Source: Myxococcota bacterium
GTDB lineage: Bacteria > Myxococcota_A > UBA796 > UBA2385
Assembly (NCBI GenBank): GCA_044344255.1
Contig: JBIJDH010000006.1
Span: 64,001-128,000 of the forward strand
Direction of reading: 5' to 3'
DNA length: 64,000 nt
The notes under the pieces were generated by a model. The model had not been told where the DNA came from. It searched no databases and saw only the letters and a program-made list of their open reading frames with translations. Shown here piece by piece: positions 1 through 8,260 of the stretch (position 1 is the stretch's first letter; the number at the start of each line of letters is the position of its first letter). The position numbers were made by a program, and so were the translations under genes.

Positions 1-68
1 GGGCGACCGACCTTGCCGACGGGGGTGGGATGGCGTAGACGGCCGAAACCGTCTCCCGGGGTGCCGCC

Positions 69-707
69 GTGGCGCTGCAAGACCTGCTTCGGTGGCTCAT
101 CCCCCGAGAGGACCAGTTCTATTCGTACTTGCTTTTGCAGGCGGCAGAGTCTCGGAAGGGGGCGCTGGCCCTCGGCGAGTTCAGGAACGGGAAGAGCGCC
201 CTCGAGGTGAGCGCGGCGGTTCAGGCCCACGAGCACGAGGGGGACCGGATCGTCTACGAGATGGAGAACGCGCTCGGACGCACCTTCGTCACGCCAATCG
301 ATCGCGAAGACCTGCAGCGGCTCTCCGCGGAGCTCGACGACATCCTCGACCTCACGAACAGCGCGGCGCGCGCCGCGACGATGTTCGGCGTGGAGACCCC
401 AACCCAGCCGATGACACACCTGATCGGTGTGCTCATCGACTGTACCGGTCACATCGAGACGGCGATCACGAAGATGACGCAGAATGACTACGCGGCGGTC
501 TTAGCGACCGTGCGGATCATCCGTCAGCTCGAGAAGGACGGGGACGCCGTCTTTCGCACCGCCCTCTCCCGTCTGTTCCACGATCCGTCGGTCGAAGCCA
601 AGGTGTTGCTGCGAGAGAAGGAGGTCCTCGAAGACCTCGAGCACGCGGTCGACCGATGTGAGCACCTCGCGCACACCCTCGCCCACCTCGCCGTGAAGCA
701 TGGTTAG
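69..707 (+). CDS. DUF47 family phosphate transport regulator (PhoU-like, PiT accessory)
   Basis: 212-aa helical ORF with 'EHEGD', 'FVTPIDREDL..L..ELDDILD', 'LEKDGD' and 'LE.AVDRCE' motifs typical of DUF47; overlaps the downstream pit gene. Confidence 0.9.
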   Translation: MALQDLLRWLIPREDQFYSYLLLQAAESRKGALALGEFRNGKSALEVSAAVQAHEHEGDRIVYEMENALGRTFVTPIDREDLQRLSAELDDILDLTNSAARAATMFGVETPTQPMTHLIGVLIDCTGHIETAITKMTQNDYAAVLATVRIIRQLEKDGDAVFRTALSRLFHDPSVEAKVLLREKEVLEDLEHAVDRCEHLAHTLAHLAVKHG

Positions 708-1734
708 CCTGCTCGTCGCGGTGGTGGTGGCGGCGATTATCTTCGATTACATCAACGGCTTTCACGACGCCGCCAACGCCATCGCCACGATCGTCTCCAC
801 CGGCGTGCTCCCGATGCGCACCGCGGTCATCATGGCGGGGGCCTTCAATTTCATCGGCGCGATGGCGGGTACGGCGGTCGCCAGCACCATCTCGAAGGGG
901 CTGGCTGATCCGGCCATCGTCACCCAGACGGTGGTCTTGTCCACCTTGATCGGGGCCTGTCTGTGGAACCTCCTCACCTGGTGGTGGGGGATCCCTTCGA
1001 GCTCTTCTCACGCCCTCGTCGGGGGCCTCGCCGGCGCCGTCATCGCCCACGCCGGCGTGGACGCCTTCAACTGGGCGACGCTGATCGACAAGATCCTGGT
1101 CCCCCTCGTGGTGTCGCCCACCCTCGGCTTCGTGGTCGCCTTCCTGCTGAGCGTCCTGCTGCTGTGGGTCTTTCGGCGGGTGCGCCCGTCTCGCGTGAAC
1201 CGCCTGTCGCGCGGGATGCAGCTCGTCTCGGCCTCCGCGATGGCGTTCTCCCATGGGTCGAACGACGCCCAGAAGTCGATGGGCATCATCACCCTGGCCC
1301 TCGTCTCCTTCGCCTCGGCCGGGCACTCCGACGGTGTGCCCGCGTGGGTCCTCCCGACAGCGGGAGAGGTGCCGACGTGGGTGGTGATGATCTGCGCGAC
1401 CGCGATCGGCCTCGGGACCCTGGCGGGGGGCAAGCGTATCATCAAGACCATGGGGACGCGGATCATCCGCATCACCCCCCTCCAGGGCTTCGCGGCGGAG
1501 ACGGCGGGCGCGGCCACGATCCTCACCGCTTCGCACTTCGGGGTGCCGGTGTCGACCACCCACTGCATCAACGCCTGCATCATGGGGGTGGGCGCCAGCA
1601 AGCGGCTGAGCGCGGTCCGTTGGGGTGTGGCCGGCAACATCGTGGTCGCCTGGGTGGTGACGCTGCCGATGAGCGCCGCCCTCTCCTGGATCTCGATGAG
1701 CCTCATCGCTCGGGTCTTCGGGGAGACCGGGTAG
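700..1734 (+). CDS. pit: Inorganic phosphate transporter, PiT/PHO4 family
   Basis: Signature motifs 'NGFHDAANAIAT', 'GIPSSSSHALVGGL', 'HGSNDAQKSMG', 'PVSTTH'; multiple TM segments. Confidence 0.93.
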   Translation: MVSLLVAVVVAAIIFDYINGFHDAANAIATIVSTGVLPMRTAVIMAGAFNFIGAMAGTAVASTISKGLADPAIVTQTVVLSTLIGACLWNLLTWWWGIPSSSSHALVGGLAGAVIAHAGVDAFNWATLIDKILVPLVVSPTLGFVVAFLLSVLLLWVFRRVRPSRVNRLSRGMQLVSASAMAFSHGSNDAQKSMGIITLALVSFASAGHSDGVPAWVLPTAGEVPTWVVMICATAIGLGTLAGGKRIIKTMGTRIIRITPLQGFAAETAGAATILTASHFGVPVSTTHCINACIMGVGASKRLSAVRWGVAGNIVVAWVVTLPMSAALSWISMSLIARVFGETG

Positions 1735-1966
1735 GGGCGGAGCCGGGCCCCGAGGGCCGCTCCGCCCTCGATCCACAGATCTTGACCGATGACGCAGCGT
1801 CAAGGGCCCGGTCCCGTGCTACCGGGGGGAGTGCCTTCGGCGTTATTCCGGTGATACCGGTACCTCCCGCGTACCCGCCCCGGTCTGACGGCCCTCCGGC
1901 TCCCCGCCGCCCAGGCGCCCAGGCGCCCTGCTCCGTCGCCTCCTCCCTCGTGACCGCGATCGGTAG

Positions 1967-3787
1967 ATGTCCGAAGCCGCCGCCCCCCAGGTCTATTGCA
2001 GCCGCTGCCTCACCACCTTCGCGGGTGACCCGGAGCAGTGCCCCAACATGTCCTGCCAGCGGAAGCGGCCGGGGCGCGGTTGGGGGCAGATCTTCGCGGC
2101 CGGTGAGGTCTTTGACCGGAACTACAGCATCCACCGCATGCTCGCGATGGGCGGCGCCGGGGTGACCTACACCGCGCGCGAGATCGGCCCCGATGGCCAG
2201 GAGACGGGCCCGAAGCTTGCGATCAAGGTGCTGCTCGCCGCCCGAGATCAGGGCCCCTATGTGCGGCGCCTCTCCACCGAGGCGCAGATCATCCAGGAGC
2301 TCGATCACCCCAACATCGTGCAGTACCTGGGCTTCGTCCACCGCGCGGGCCACTCGCCCTACCTCATCACCCAATTCGAAGAGGGGGGGAGCCTCCTCGA
2401 CCACATGCGACGGGTGGGGACGCTCCCCGTCCGCCGTGCGTCGGGCGTGGCGCGTCAGATCTGCCTGGCCCTCGAGAAGGCCCATGAGCGCGGGATCATC
2501 CACCGCGACCTGAAGCCCGAGAACGTGCTGCTGGCGAGCGCGGTCCCCGCCGACGCCGATCCGGTCGTGCGGGTGGCAGACTTCGGCATCGCCAAGGTCC
2601 AGGGTGGGGTGGGGGGGAGCCTCACCCGGGTGGGCGCCTTCGTCGGCACGCCGCACTACGCCGCCCCGGAGCAGTTCGTGGGCGGGGCGGTCACCGAGGC
2701 GGCCGACGTCTACGCGGTCGGCGCCCTGGTCTACTTCTGCATCACCGCCCGCCACGTCGTGCGCTTCGCCGATCGGCTGGAGCCCGAAGAGGGCTTCCAG
2801 CTCCTCCAGGAGAGCCTGCCGCCGAAGGTGGAGCGCGCGGGGGAAGACCCCCTCGATGTCCTGCGCATCAACCGCATCCTCGCCAGCGCCATGAACGTCG
2901 ACCCCTCGCAGCGCTGCTCGGTGGTGGAGCTGTCGCGGATGCTGGGTGAGCTCATCAACGGTCTCGAGCCCGCGATCCCGGTCAAGGCGAAGCGCGGGGG
3001 GCTCACCCACGACATGGTGGGTCAGGCCAGCGTGCTCGGCCTCGCGGGCGCAATCACGCCGATGCTCTCGGCGATCGCCGCCACCGAGCCCGCCGCGCCC
3101 TCACAGCGCCGCGGGGCCCCTGGGCGAGAGGCGGCCACCGCCCAGGAGAGCCGCCCCACCGAGATGGGCGCCAGCACCGACGCGGCGCTGCTCCAGCAGA
3201 TGATGTCCCCCGACGGCGCGGTCTCCAAGGGTGCCGCGGGGGCGCGCCGGACCACCGGCGGCGGCCGTCCCGCCTCACCCGCCGAGGCCAGCGGCACGCT
3301 CGACGCCCTCCGCACCGGCGACGACGACGCGCCGACCCCGCGACGCGGCGGCGGAGGCCTCGCGATGATGGCGCTCGGCCTCGTGCTGTTCGTCGGGGTG
3401 GCGGTGGTGGGCGGCGGGGCCCTCGTGGTCTGGCGGGTGCCGGCCGCGCGGCAGGCCCTCGGGCTCTCCGACCGCGATCCCAACCTGCCGAAGCCCGTCG
3501 AGCTCAGCGGGCAGGAGACGGACGCCGCCATGCGGAAGGACTGGCGGGCGATCGACAGCTCGCTCAAGGGGCTCCAGAGCTGGCTCGGCAGCCAGTGCAA
3601 GGTGAAGAGCGGCGCCGATGTCGCGCTGCGCCTCGTGATCGAGCCGGACGGGAAGGTGCGCTCGGCCGAGAACATCGACGGCTCCGGCGGCGAGACCGGC
3701 GAGTGTGTGTCCAAGAAGGTGAAGAAGGCCAAGTTCACCCGAACCGGGACGAAGCCCGTTCGGGTGGAGCTCACCGCGCACTTCTGA
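1967..3787 (+). CDS. Transmembrane Ser/Thr protein kinase with N-terminal Cys4 (Zn-ribbon-like) segment and C-terminal extracytoplasmic TonB-C/AgmX-like domain
   Basis: AIK lysine, HRDLKPEN, DFG and GTPHYAAPE motifs; N-terminal CSRC...CPNMSC; TM helix around aa 465-488; C-terminal 'L.IEPDGKV......CV' domain. Confidence 0.88.
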   Translation: MSEAAAPQVYCSRCLTTFAGDPEQCPNMSCQRKRPGRGWGQIFAAGEVFDRNYSIHRMLAMGGAGVTYTAREIGPDGQETGPKLAIKVLLAARDQGPYVRRLSTEAQIIQELDHPNIVQYLGFVHRAGHSPYLITQFEEGGSLLDHMRRVGTLPVRRASGVARQICLALEKAHERGIIHRDLKPENVLLASAVPADADPVVRVADFGIAKVQGGVGGSLTRVGAFVGTPHYAAPEQFVGGAVTEAADVYAVGALVYFCITARHVVRFADRLEPEEGFQLLQESLPPKVERAGEDPLDVLRINRILASAMNVDPSQRCSVVELSRMLGELINGLEPAIPVKAKRGGLTHDMVGQASVLGLAGAITPMLSAIAATEPAAPSQRRGAPGREAATAQESRPTEMGASTDAALLQQMMSPDGAVSKGAAGARRTTGGGRPASPAEASGTLDALRTGDDDAPTPRRGGGGLAMMALGLVLFVGVAVVGGGALVVWRVPAARQALGLSDRDPNLPKPVELSGQETDAAMRKDWRAIDSSLKGLQSWLGSQCKVKSGADVALRLVIEPDGKVRSAENIDGSGGETGECVSKKVKKAKFTRTGTKPVRVELTAHF

Positions 3788-3817
3788 GCGCGCAGGCGGT
3801 CGCCGCGCGGCCTCGTG

Positions 3818-5026
3818 TCAGTCGCCGCCTCCGCCGCAGGAGCTGCCGCAGCTCGAGCCGCCGTCGCTGGACGAGCAGCTCGAGCCGCCGTCGCCGCCGC
3901 CGTCGGAGGTGTCGGAGCCGCCCCAGCCGCCGTCGCCGCCGCCGTCGCCGCCCTCCCCGGCCTCGGTGTCGGAGCCGCCCCAGCCGCCGTCTTCGCCGCC
4001 GCCGCCGCCGTCCGAAGTGTCGGCGGTGTCAGAGCCGCCCCAGCCATCGTCGGAGCCCCCGCTCGCGCCCTCGGGCACGTCTTCGCTGACCCCGAGCTCG
4101 TCGCCGGTCCAATCCACCTGGCTGGTGCCGAGATCGCCGAGCTGCTCGACCTGATCGCCTCGCCCGAGCTCGTGGCCGTGGCTGTCGACCACCACCACGT
4201 CATGGCTGTGCCAGTGCGCGTGATGGGACATCGAGTTGAGGAGGATGAGGTTCGTGAGAGACCAGTAGGGGTCGTGGTAGTAGACGGTGAAGGTGTCGGG
4301 GGCCGCCCCGGCCCGGGCCGGCGCGCCTCGCCAGGCGGGCTCGGCCACGTCCTCCCCGAAGGGGAGCCGGCGCATCGCGTCGAGCTGACGGTCTCCTGGC
4401 TTGTGCAGGCGCACCTGGGCGAGCTCCGTGCTGACCTCGGCGCCGATCAGGCCGCGACGGAGCGCCGCCGCGAGGAGGTCGGCCCGTTCGTCGAGGAGGT
4501 GGGCCAGGGCGGTGCGGTCGATGGCGCGGGCGAAGTGGCCGACGCGCTCGGCGTAGGCGGCGGCGGTCTCTCCGGCCTGGACGCGCAGCTCGAGCGGGCG
4601 GGCGTGGAGGTCGATCGTCAGCTCGGGCCAGCCCTTCTCCACCTGGCTCTTCACGCGCAGATCGTAGAGGATGTGCAGGCCGATGTGGGTCTCGGCGAGC
4701 ACGAGGTGCATCTCGCGGAAGGGCCGCTCGACGAGGCGGCGGTCGACCAGGGCCTGCCAGACGAGGTCGAGGTCGTCGGCGACGTCGTTCTGATCGACGT
4801 AGACGGCCTTGCGGTCGACGAGGCAGGAGTGAGCGTCGGTGACGCCGATGCTCCGGAGCGCCTGAAAGCAGCCCTCGAACAGGGAGAAGGCGCTGACGGT
4901 GAGCTCCTCCATCCCGCTCCGGGTGTCGATCTTGGCGCCGAACAGCGAGCGGGCCCACTCGAAGAAGGTCTTGCGCCGGTCGGTCTCGACGCTCGGGAGA
5001 TCGACCAGCACGCGTGCGTGGAACAT
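3818..5026 (-). CDS. Hypothetical 402-aa protein with His-rich patch and Gly/Ser/Asp-rich C-terminal tail carrying 3 Cys (putative MNIO substrate)
   Basis: ATG at 5026 overlaps the upstream TGA (TGATG); C-terminus has DG(G)WGGSDT x3 followed by GGSSCSSSDGGSSCGSSCGGGGD; internal SHHAHWHSH...DSHGH. Confidence 0.8.
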   Translation of the reverse strand: MFHARVLVDLPSVETDRRKTFFEWARSLFGAKIDTRSGMEELTVSAFSLFEGCFQALRSIGVTDAHSCLVDRKAVYVDQNDVADDLDLVWQALVDRRLVERPFREMHLVLAETHIGLHILYDLRVKSQVEKGWPELTIDLHARPLELRVQAGETAAAYAERVGHFARAIDRTALAHLLDERADLLAAALRRGLIGAEVSTELAQVRLHKPGDRQLDAMRRLPFGEDVAEPAWRGAPARAGAAPDTFTVYYHDPYWSLTNLILLNSMSHHAHWHSHDVVVVDSHGHELGRGDQVEQLGDLGTSQVDWTGDELGVSEDVPEGASGGSDDGWGGSDTADTSDGGGGGEDGGWGGSDTEAGEGGDGGGDGGWGGSDTSDGGGDGGSSCSSSDGGSSCGSSCGGGGD

Positions 5027-5844
5027 CAACGGCCTCTCTTTTGTAGGGTGGCACTCTGGAGCGTGGAGGCGTGGAGGGCGGCGGCCTCGGCCTCGATCTG
5101 GCGGAGGCGGCCGACGCGCACCGTGGCGTCCCCTTCGGCGCGCGCGGCGGCGGAGAGGCGGGAGGTCAAGCTGGCGGCCCGCTCCTGGATGGCGCGCGCG
5201 TCGGCGGTGTCGAGCGCTTCGGCCCGCATCGTGATGGCGGCGATGGTGGACTCGGCCTCGCTTCGGGCCGCCTCCACGGCGTCTCCGGTGGCGCGGGCAG
5301 CCTGTCGTCGCCGCCAGAGCACGAAGCCGAGGCCGCCGATCGTGAGGGAGCCGGCGAGGCCCATCGCGCCGAGCAGCCCGCCCATGAGCCCGATACCACC
5401 GCTCGTCTCGCCCTCGGCCTCGCCCTCGGCCGCTGGGGCTCCGTCGGCGGAGGCCACGGCGCCGCCCGAGAGCCCGCTGATCGCGGCCTGCAGGCCCAGG
5501 CCGAGGTCTCGGTCGCGGGCCGGCTCGGCGGCGTCGAGCAGCGTGGAGATCCGCCCGGCCGGCTGCCCCCAGCCGCGCGCCTCCCAGCGGCCGCCGGCGT
5601 CGAGGAGGAGCAGGTCGGCGTCGGCGTCGAGGCCGAGCTCCTGCCACAGCGCCCGCCAGTCGGTGATCGGCGCGTCGGATGGCAGCAGCACGATCTTGGC
5701 CTCGAGGCCGCGCGCGCCGAGCGGCTCGAGCTGCTTGAGGAGCCGAGCCCGCCCGGCGGCCTCCAGTCGGCCGCTGGGGTCCCACAGGGGAGAGCCCTCG
5801 AGGGCGCGGCGCGCCTCGTCCAAGGTCGCGTCGGGGAGGCTCAT
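5026..5844 (-). CDS. Membrane protein with TPM-like N-terminal domain, TM helix and C-terminal coiled coil
   Basis: ATGA overlap with the DUF692 gene; N-terminal 'D..G.L.....L...L' and 'W..LG....LLLL' pattern like TPM domains; hydrophobic segment ending WRRR; helical C-terminus. Confidence 0.6.
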   Translation of the reverse strand: MSLPDATLDEARRALEGSPLWDPSGRLEAAGRARLLKQLEPLGARGLEAKIVLLPSDAPITDWRALWQELGLDADADLLLLDAGGRWEARGWGQPAGRISTLLDAAEPARDRDLGLGLQAAISGLSGGAVASADGAPAAEGEAEGETSGGIGLMGGLLGAMGLAGSLTIGGLGFVLWRRRQAARATGDAVEAARSEAESTIAAITMRAEALDTADARAIQERAASLTSRLSAAARAEGDATVRVGRLRQIEAEAAALHASTLQSATLQKRGR

Positions 5845-6749
5845 CTCTGGGGCTCCTGGGAAGGGGGGGCGGGAGAGATCATAGGGACGGGGCGAGCCTC
5901 CGACCAGCGCCCGATCGCGCTGCGTGCTTCGGCGACGAGCTCGGCGAGGGGAGGGAGGCGGGTGTCCCGCTCGAGCACGATGGCGTCGAGGGGGGCGCGC
6001 CCCCGTAAGGCGGAGAGCAGGGCCCAGGCGCCCTCCTCCACCGGCCGGTCGTGGCTGTCTATCCAGCCGGCGGCGCTGCGCTTCGAGCCGGCGACGTGCG
6101 CTTGGACGGCGCGGTGTAAGGGCCAGGCGTCGAGGCGGCCGCGCGCCGAGCCGTGACCGTTCCCTTCGTCGACGAACAGGTTGCTGAGATCGACGAGGAG
6201 CCCGATGTCGGCCCGCTCGACGAGGGCGTGAAGGAACTCCCCCTCCGGCATCTCGCCGGGGAAACGAAAGGGGGGGAAACGAAAGGGAGTGGCGGGGTTC
6301 TCGAGGGCGAGGGGCAGCCCGAGCGTGTCCTGGAGCGCGCGGCAGTGCTCCGTCAGCACCGTGAGGAAGGCCGGGAGGCGTGGCACGGGGGCGAGGTGAC
6401 CGAGGTCAATGCCGCTGGGGCTGCGCGTGATGGCGATGTGCTCGGTGAGGCGCTCCGCCCGGGACGCGCGCGCCACCGCCGCCACGCGGGCTACGCGCGC
6501 GGGGTCGAGGGGCCCGGGGGTGCCGAGGGAGAGCCCCGTGTCGTGCAGCACGATGGGGTAGCGCTCGGCGAGGGGGCGGAGGGCGTCGGGCTCGTGGAAG
6601 AAGTGGTCGACCACCACCTCGAGCAGCTCGGGCCCCTGACCGTCGGCGGCGGCGAGCAGCTCCCGGAGGTGGGCGCGCCGGAGGGACAGGCCGGCACGGG
6701 GGCGTCGCGGCCCGGGGAGGGGGTCGCTGCACATGGGGGCGCTGCTCAT
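5841..6749 (-). CDS. DUF692 family multinuclear non-heme iron-dependent oxidative enzyme (MNIO)
   Basis: Motif series GLSLR..H, LEV..DHF, LH..GLSLG, EH, LALENP, LLVDLSN, QAHVAG, IDSH..PV, VLERD matches DUF692; ATG 6749 overlaps the upstream TGA (ATGA). Confidence 0.9.
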   Translation of the reverse strand: MSSAPMCSDPLPGPRRPRAGLSLRRAHLRELLAAADGQGPELLEVVVDHFFHEPDALRPLAERYPIVLHDTGLSLGTPGPLDPARVARVAAVARASRAERLTEHIAITRSPSGIDLGHLAPVPRLPAFLTVLTEHCRALQDTLGLPLALENPATPFRFPPFRFPGEMPEGEFLHALVERADIGLLVDLSNLFVDEGNGHGSARGRLDAWPLHRAVQAHVAGSKRSAAGWIDSHDRPVEEGAWALLSALRGRAPLDAIVLERDTRLPPLAELVAEARSAIGRWSEARPVPMISPAPPSQEPQR

Positions 6750-7306
6750 GGGGCATCTCGCCAGCGCAGGCGGGGGCCGAGCTCGTAGAGGGTCGGGCTG
6801 GGTTCGACCTCGATCGGGACCTGCCCCCTCTCCAGCTCGTCCCACAGGCGGTGGAGGGCGAAGCGGGCGCGGAGGCGGCGCACGCGGCCGTCTCGGCGAG
6901 AGGTCGCGCGGGCGCGCTCGAAGGCGAAGAGCTCCACCGCGTAGACAGGCCCCTCGTCGGAGATCGCGGCCCGGAGCACTTCATCGGCGCGCCAGGCCTC
7001 GGACAGCCCGGGGGGCAAGAGCCCGTCGGTGTGGGGGGCCGGGTGGTCGGCCAGGAAGCGGCGGTAGGCCCCGCCGAGCCCCGGGCAGAGCCGCGCCGTG
7101 AAGGGGAGGGCCCGACACAGCTCATCCTGGCGCTTCTCGAGGAGGGAGGCCGCGAAGCGCTCGAACTCCTCGGTCACGAGGGCGGCGCGGCGGAGTCGCC
7201 GGTCGGCCAGCAGGCCGACATAACGCTCCACGAAGGGGCCCACGGAGGCGGCGAGGTCGGGCTCGGCCGCCTCGGAGGCGCTCACGGCGTCCCAGAGGTC
7301 CTTCAA
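6746..7306 (-). CDS. Putative MNIO partner protein (DUF2063/HvfC-BufC-like)
   Basis: TTG start overlaps the upstream TGA (TTGA); 'A.SLLEKR..EL...LP.T......G..YRRF...HP' and 'EL..FERAR' resemble regions seen in or next to DUF692 proteins; adjacent to the MNIO gene. Confidence 0.6.
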   Translation of the reverse strand: MKDLWDAVSASEAAEPDLAASVGPFVERYVGLLADRRLRRAALVTEEFERFAASLLEKRQDELCRALPFTARLCPGLGGAYRRFLADHPAPHTDGLLPPGLSEAWRADEVLRAAISDEGPVYAVELFAFERARATSRRDGRVRRLRARFALHRLWDELERGQVPIEVEPSPTLYELGPRLRWRDAP

Positions 7307-8208
7307 CCGGCGACCTCGAACAGGAAGGGGAAGGCGTAGACGTGGTCCGGATCGGCCTCCCTGCGGACCTGCACCCACATCTTGTAGAGCCCGCCCGCGG
7401 GCATCACGTAGTGGAAGGGGAGGTCTGGGCCGTTGTATTGGTGAGGCATCTCCATGCCGGGCGCCATGCTGTCCATCCCGGGGAACCAGGCGTGGGTGTG
7501 TGTGACCCAGGAGAGGTCGGCCTGCACGACGGCGGCGTGGGCGTCGGCGCCGAGCCAGGGGGTGACGTCGGTGACTGGGGCGCCGTCGGCGTCGGTGAGG
7601 TGGACGGTCCAGATCGCCTCGTAGCCGGCGACCGCCGGGACGTCCCAGGTCAGGGTGGCGGTGAGGTCGTCCACCATGACCTGGGTTCGCAGATCCTCGA
7701 CCGGCGCGTCGAGCTGGGGCACGTCACCGCCCACCTCCAAGTCGCCCTCTCGTGTGAACCAGGCGTTCTGGTGGGCGAAGTCGAAGACGAGGTGATGCGG
7801 CCCCGAGCGGTCGAAGGTGATCGGGAAGGAGTAGGTGGCCTCTCGGAGATTATCGGCGGTGACCGGGGTGGAGTCTTCCTGGTGGAGGTGCTGGAAGGCC
7901 TCGAGGTCGCGGCTGATGAAGAGGGTGTGCACCATCCGCTCGTGGTTCTGCTGGAGGTCCTCGATCGGGCAGGCGTCCTGATCGGTGATCTGGAGGGTGA
8001 AGGTGGCCTCTTCGCCCGCGACGGGGGGGGCTGGGGCGGTAGACCAGCTCACGTTGTACGCCGTCGTCTGGGTGTCGCCGCAGGCGGCGGGCTCGGCGGT
8101 GTCCGCGGCCTTGGTACAGCCGGCGAGGCCGAGGGCGACGAGCGCGACCCGGGTGACGCGGGTGACGCGGGTGACGCGGGTGACGAGGGCGGGGTTGAGC
8201 GGGCGCAT
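7303..8208 (-). CDS. His/Met-rich secreted lipoprotein, putative heavy-metal (Cu) binding
   Basis: Lipobox LAGC; two homologous domains with 'HERMVH....RDL..FQHLH' and 'WLGADAH.......THTH', plus 'MDSMAPGMEMPH'. Confidence 0.7.
   Translation of the reverse strand: MRPLNPALVTRVTRVTRVTRVALVALGLAGCTKAADTAEPAACGDTQTTAYNVSWSTAPAPPVAGEEATFTLQITDQDACPIEDLQQNHERMVHTLFISRDLEAFQHLHQEDSTPVTADNLREATYSFPITFDRSGPHHLVFDFAHQNAWFTREGDLEVGGDVPQLDAPVEDLRTQVMVDDLTATLTWDVPAVAGYEAIWTVHLTDADGAPVTDVTPWLGADAHAAVVQADLSWVTHTHAWFPGMDSMAPGMEMPHQYNGPDLPFHYVMPAGGLYKMWVQVRREADPDHVYAFPFLFEVAG
8150..8185. repeat. 9-bp tandem repeat (cgggtgacg)x4 inside the signal peptide, encoding VTR/RVT repeats
   Basis: Directly visible in the sequence. 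Confidence 0.9.
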
Positions 8209-8260
8209 GCGGGAGACTAACGGCCTGTCCGAGGGTCGGACCCCCCGTTACGGCGTCGCG

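Noticed and set aside
36..53. Hairpin agacgg-ccgaaa-ccgtct upstream of DUF47/pit as a riboswitch
   Set aside because: Single 6-bp stem at the window edge; not enough context and no recognisable aptamer consensus
3815..5884. 689-aa plus-strand ORF
   Set aside because: Antisense shadow of the coupled minus-strand operon genes; no recognisable motifs; typical of high-GC DNA
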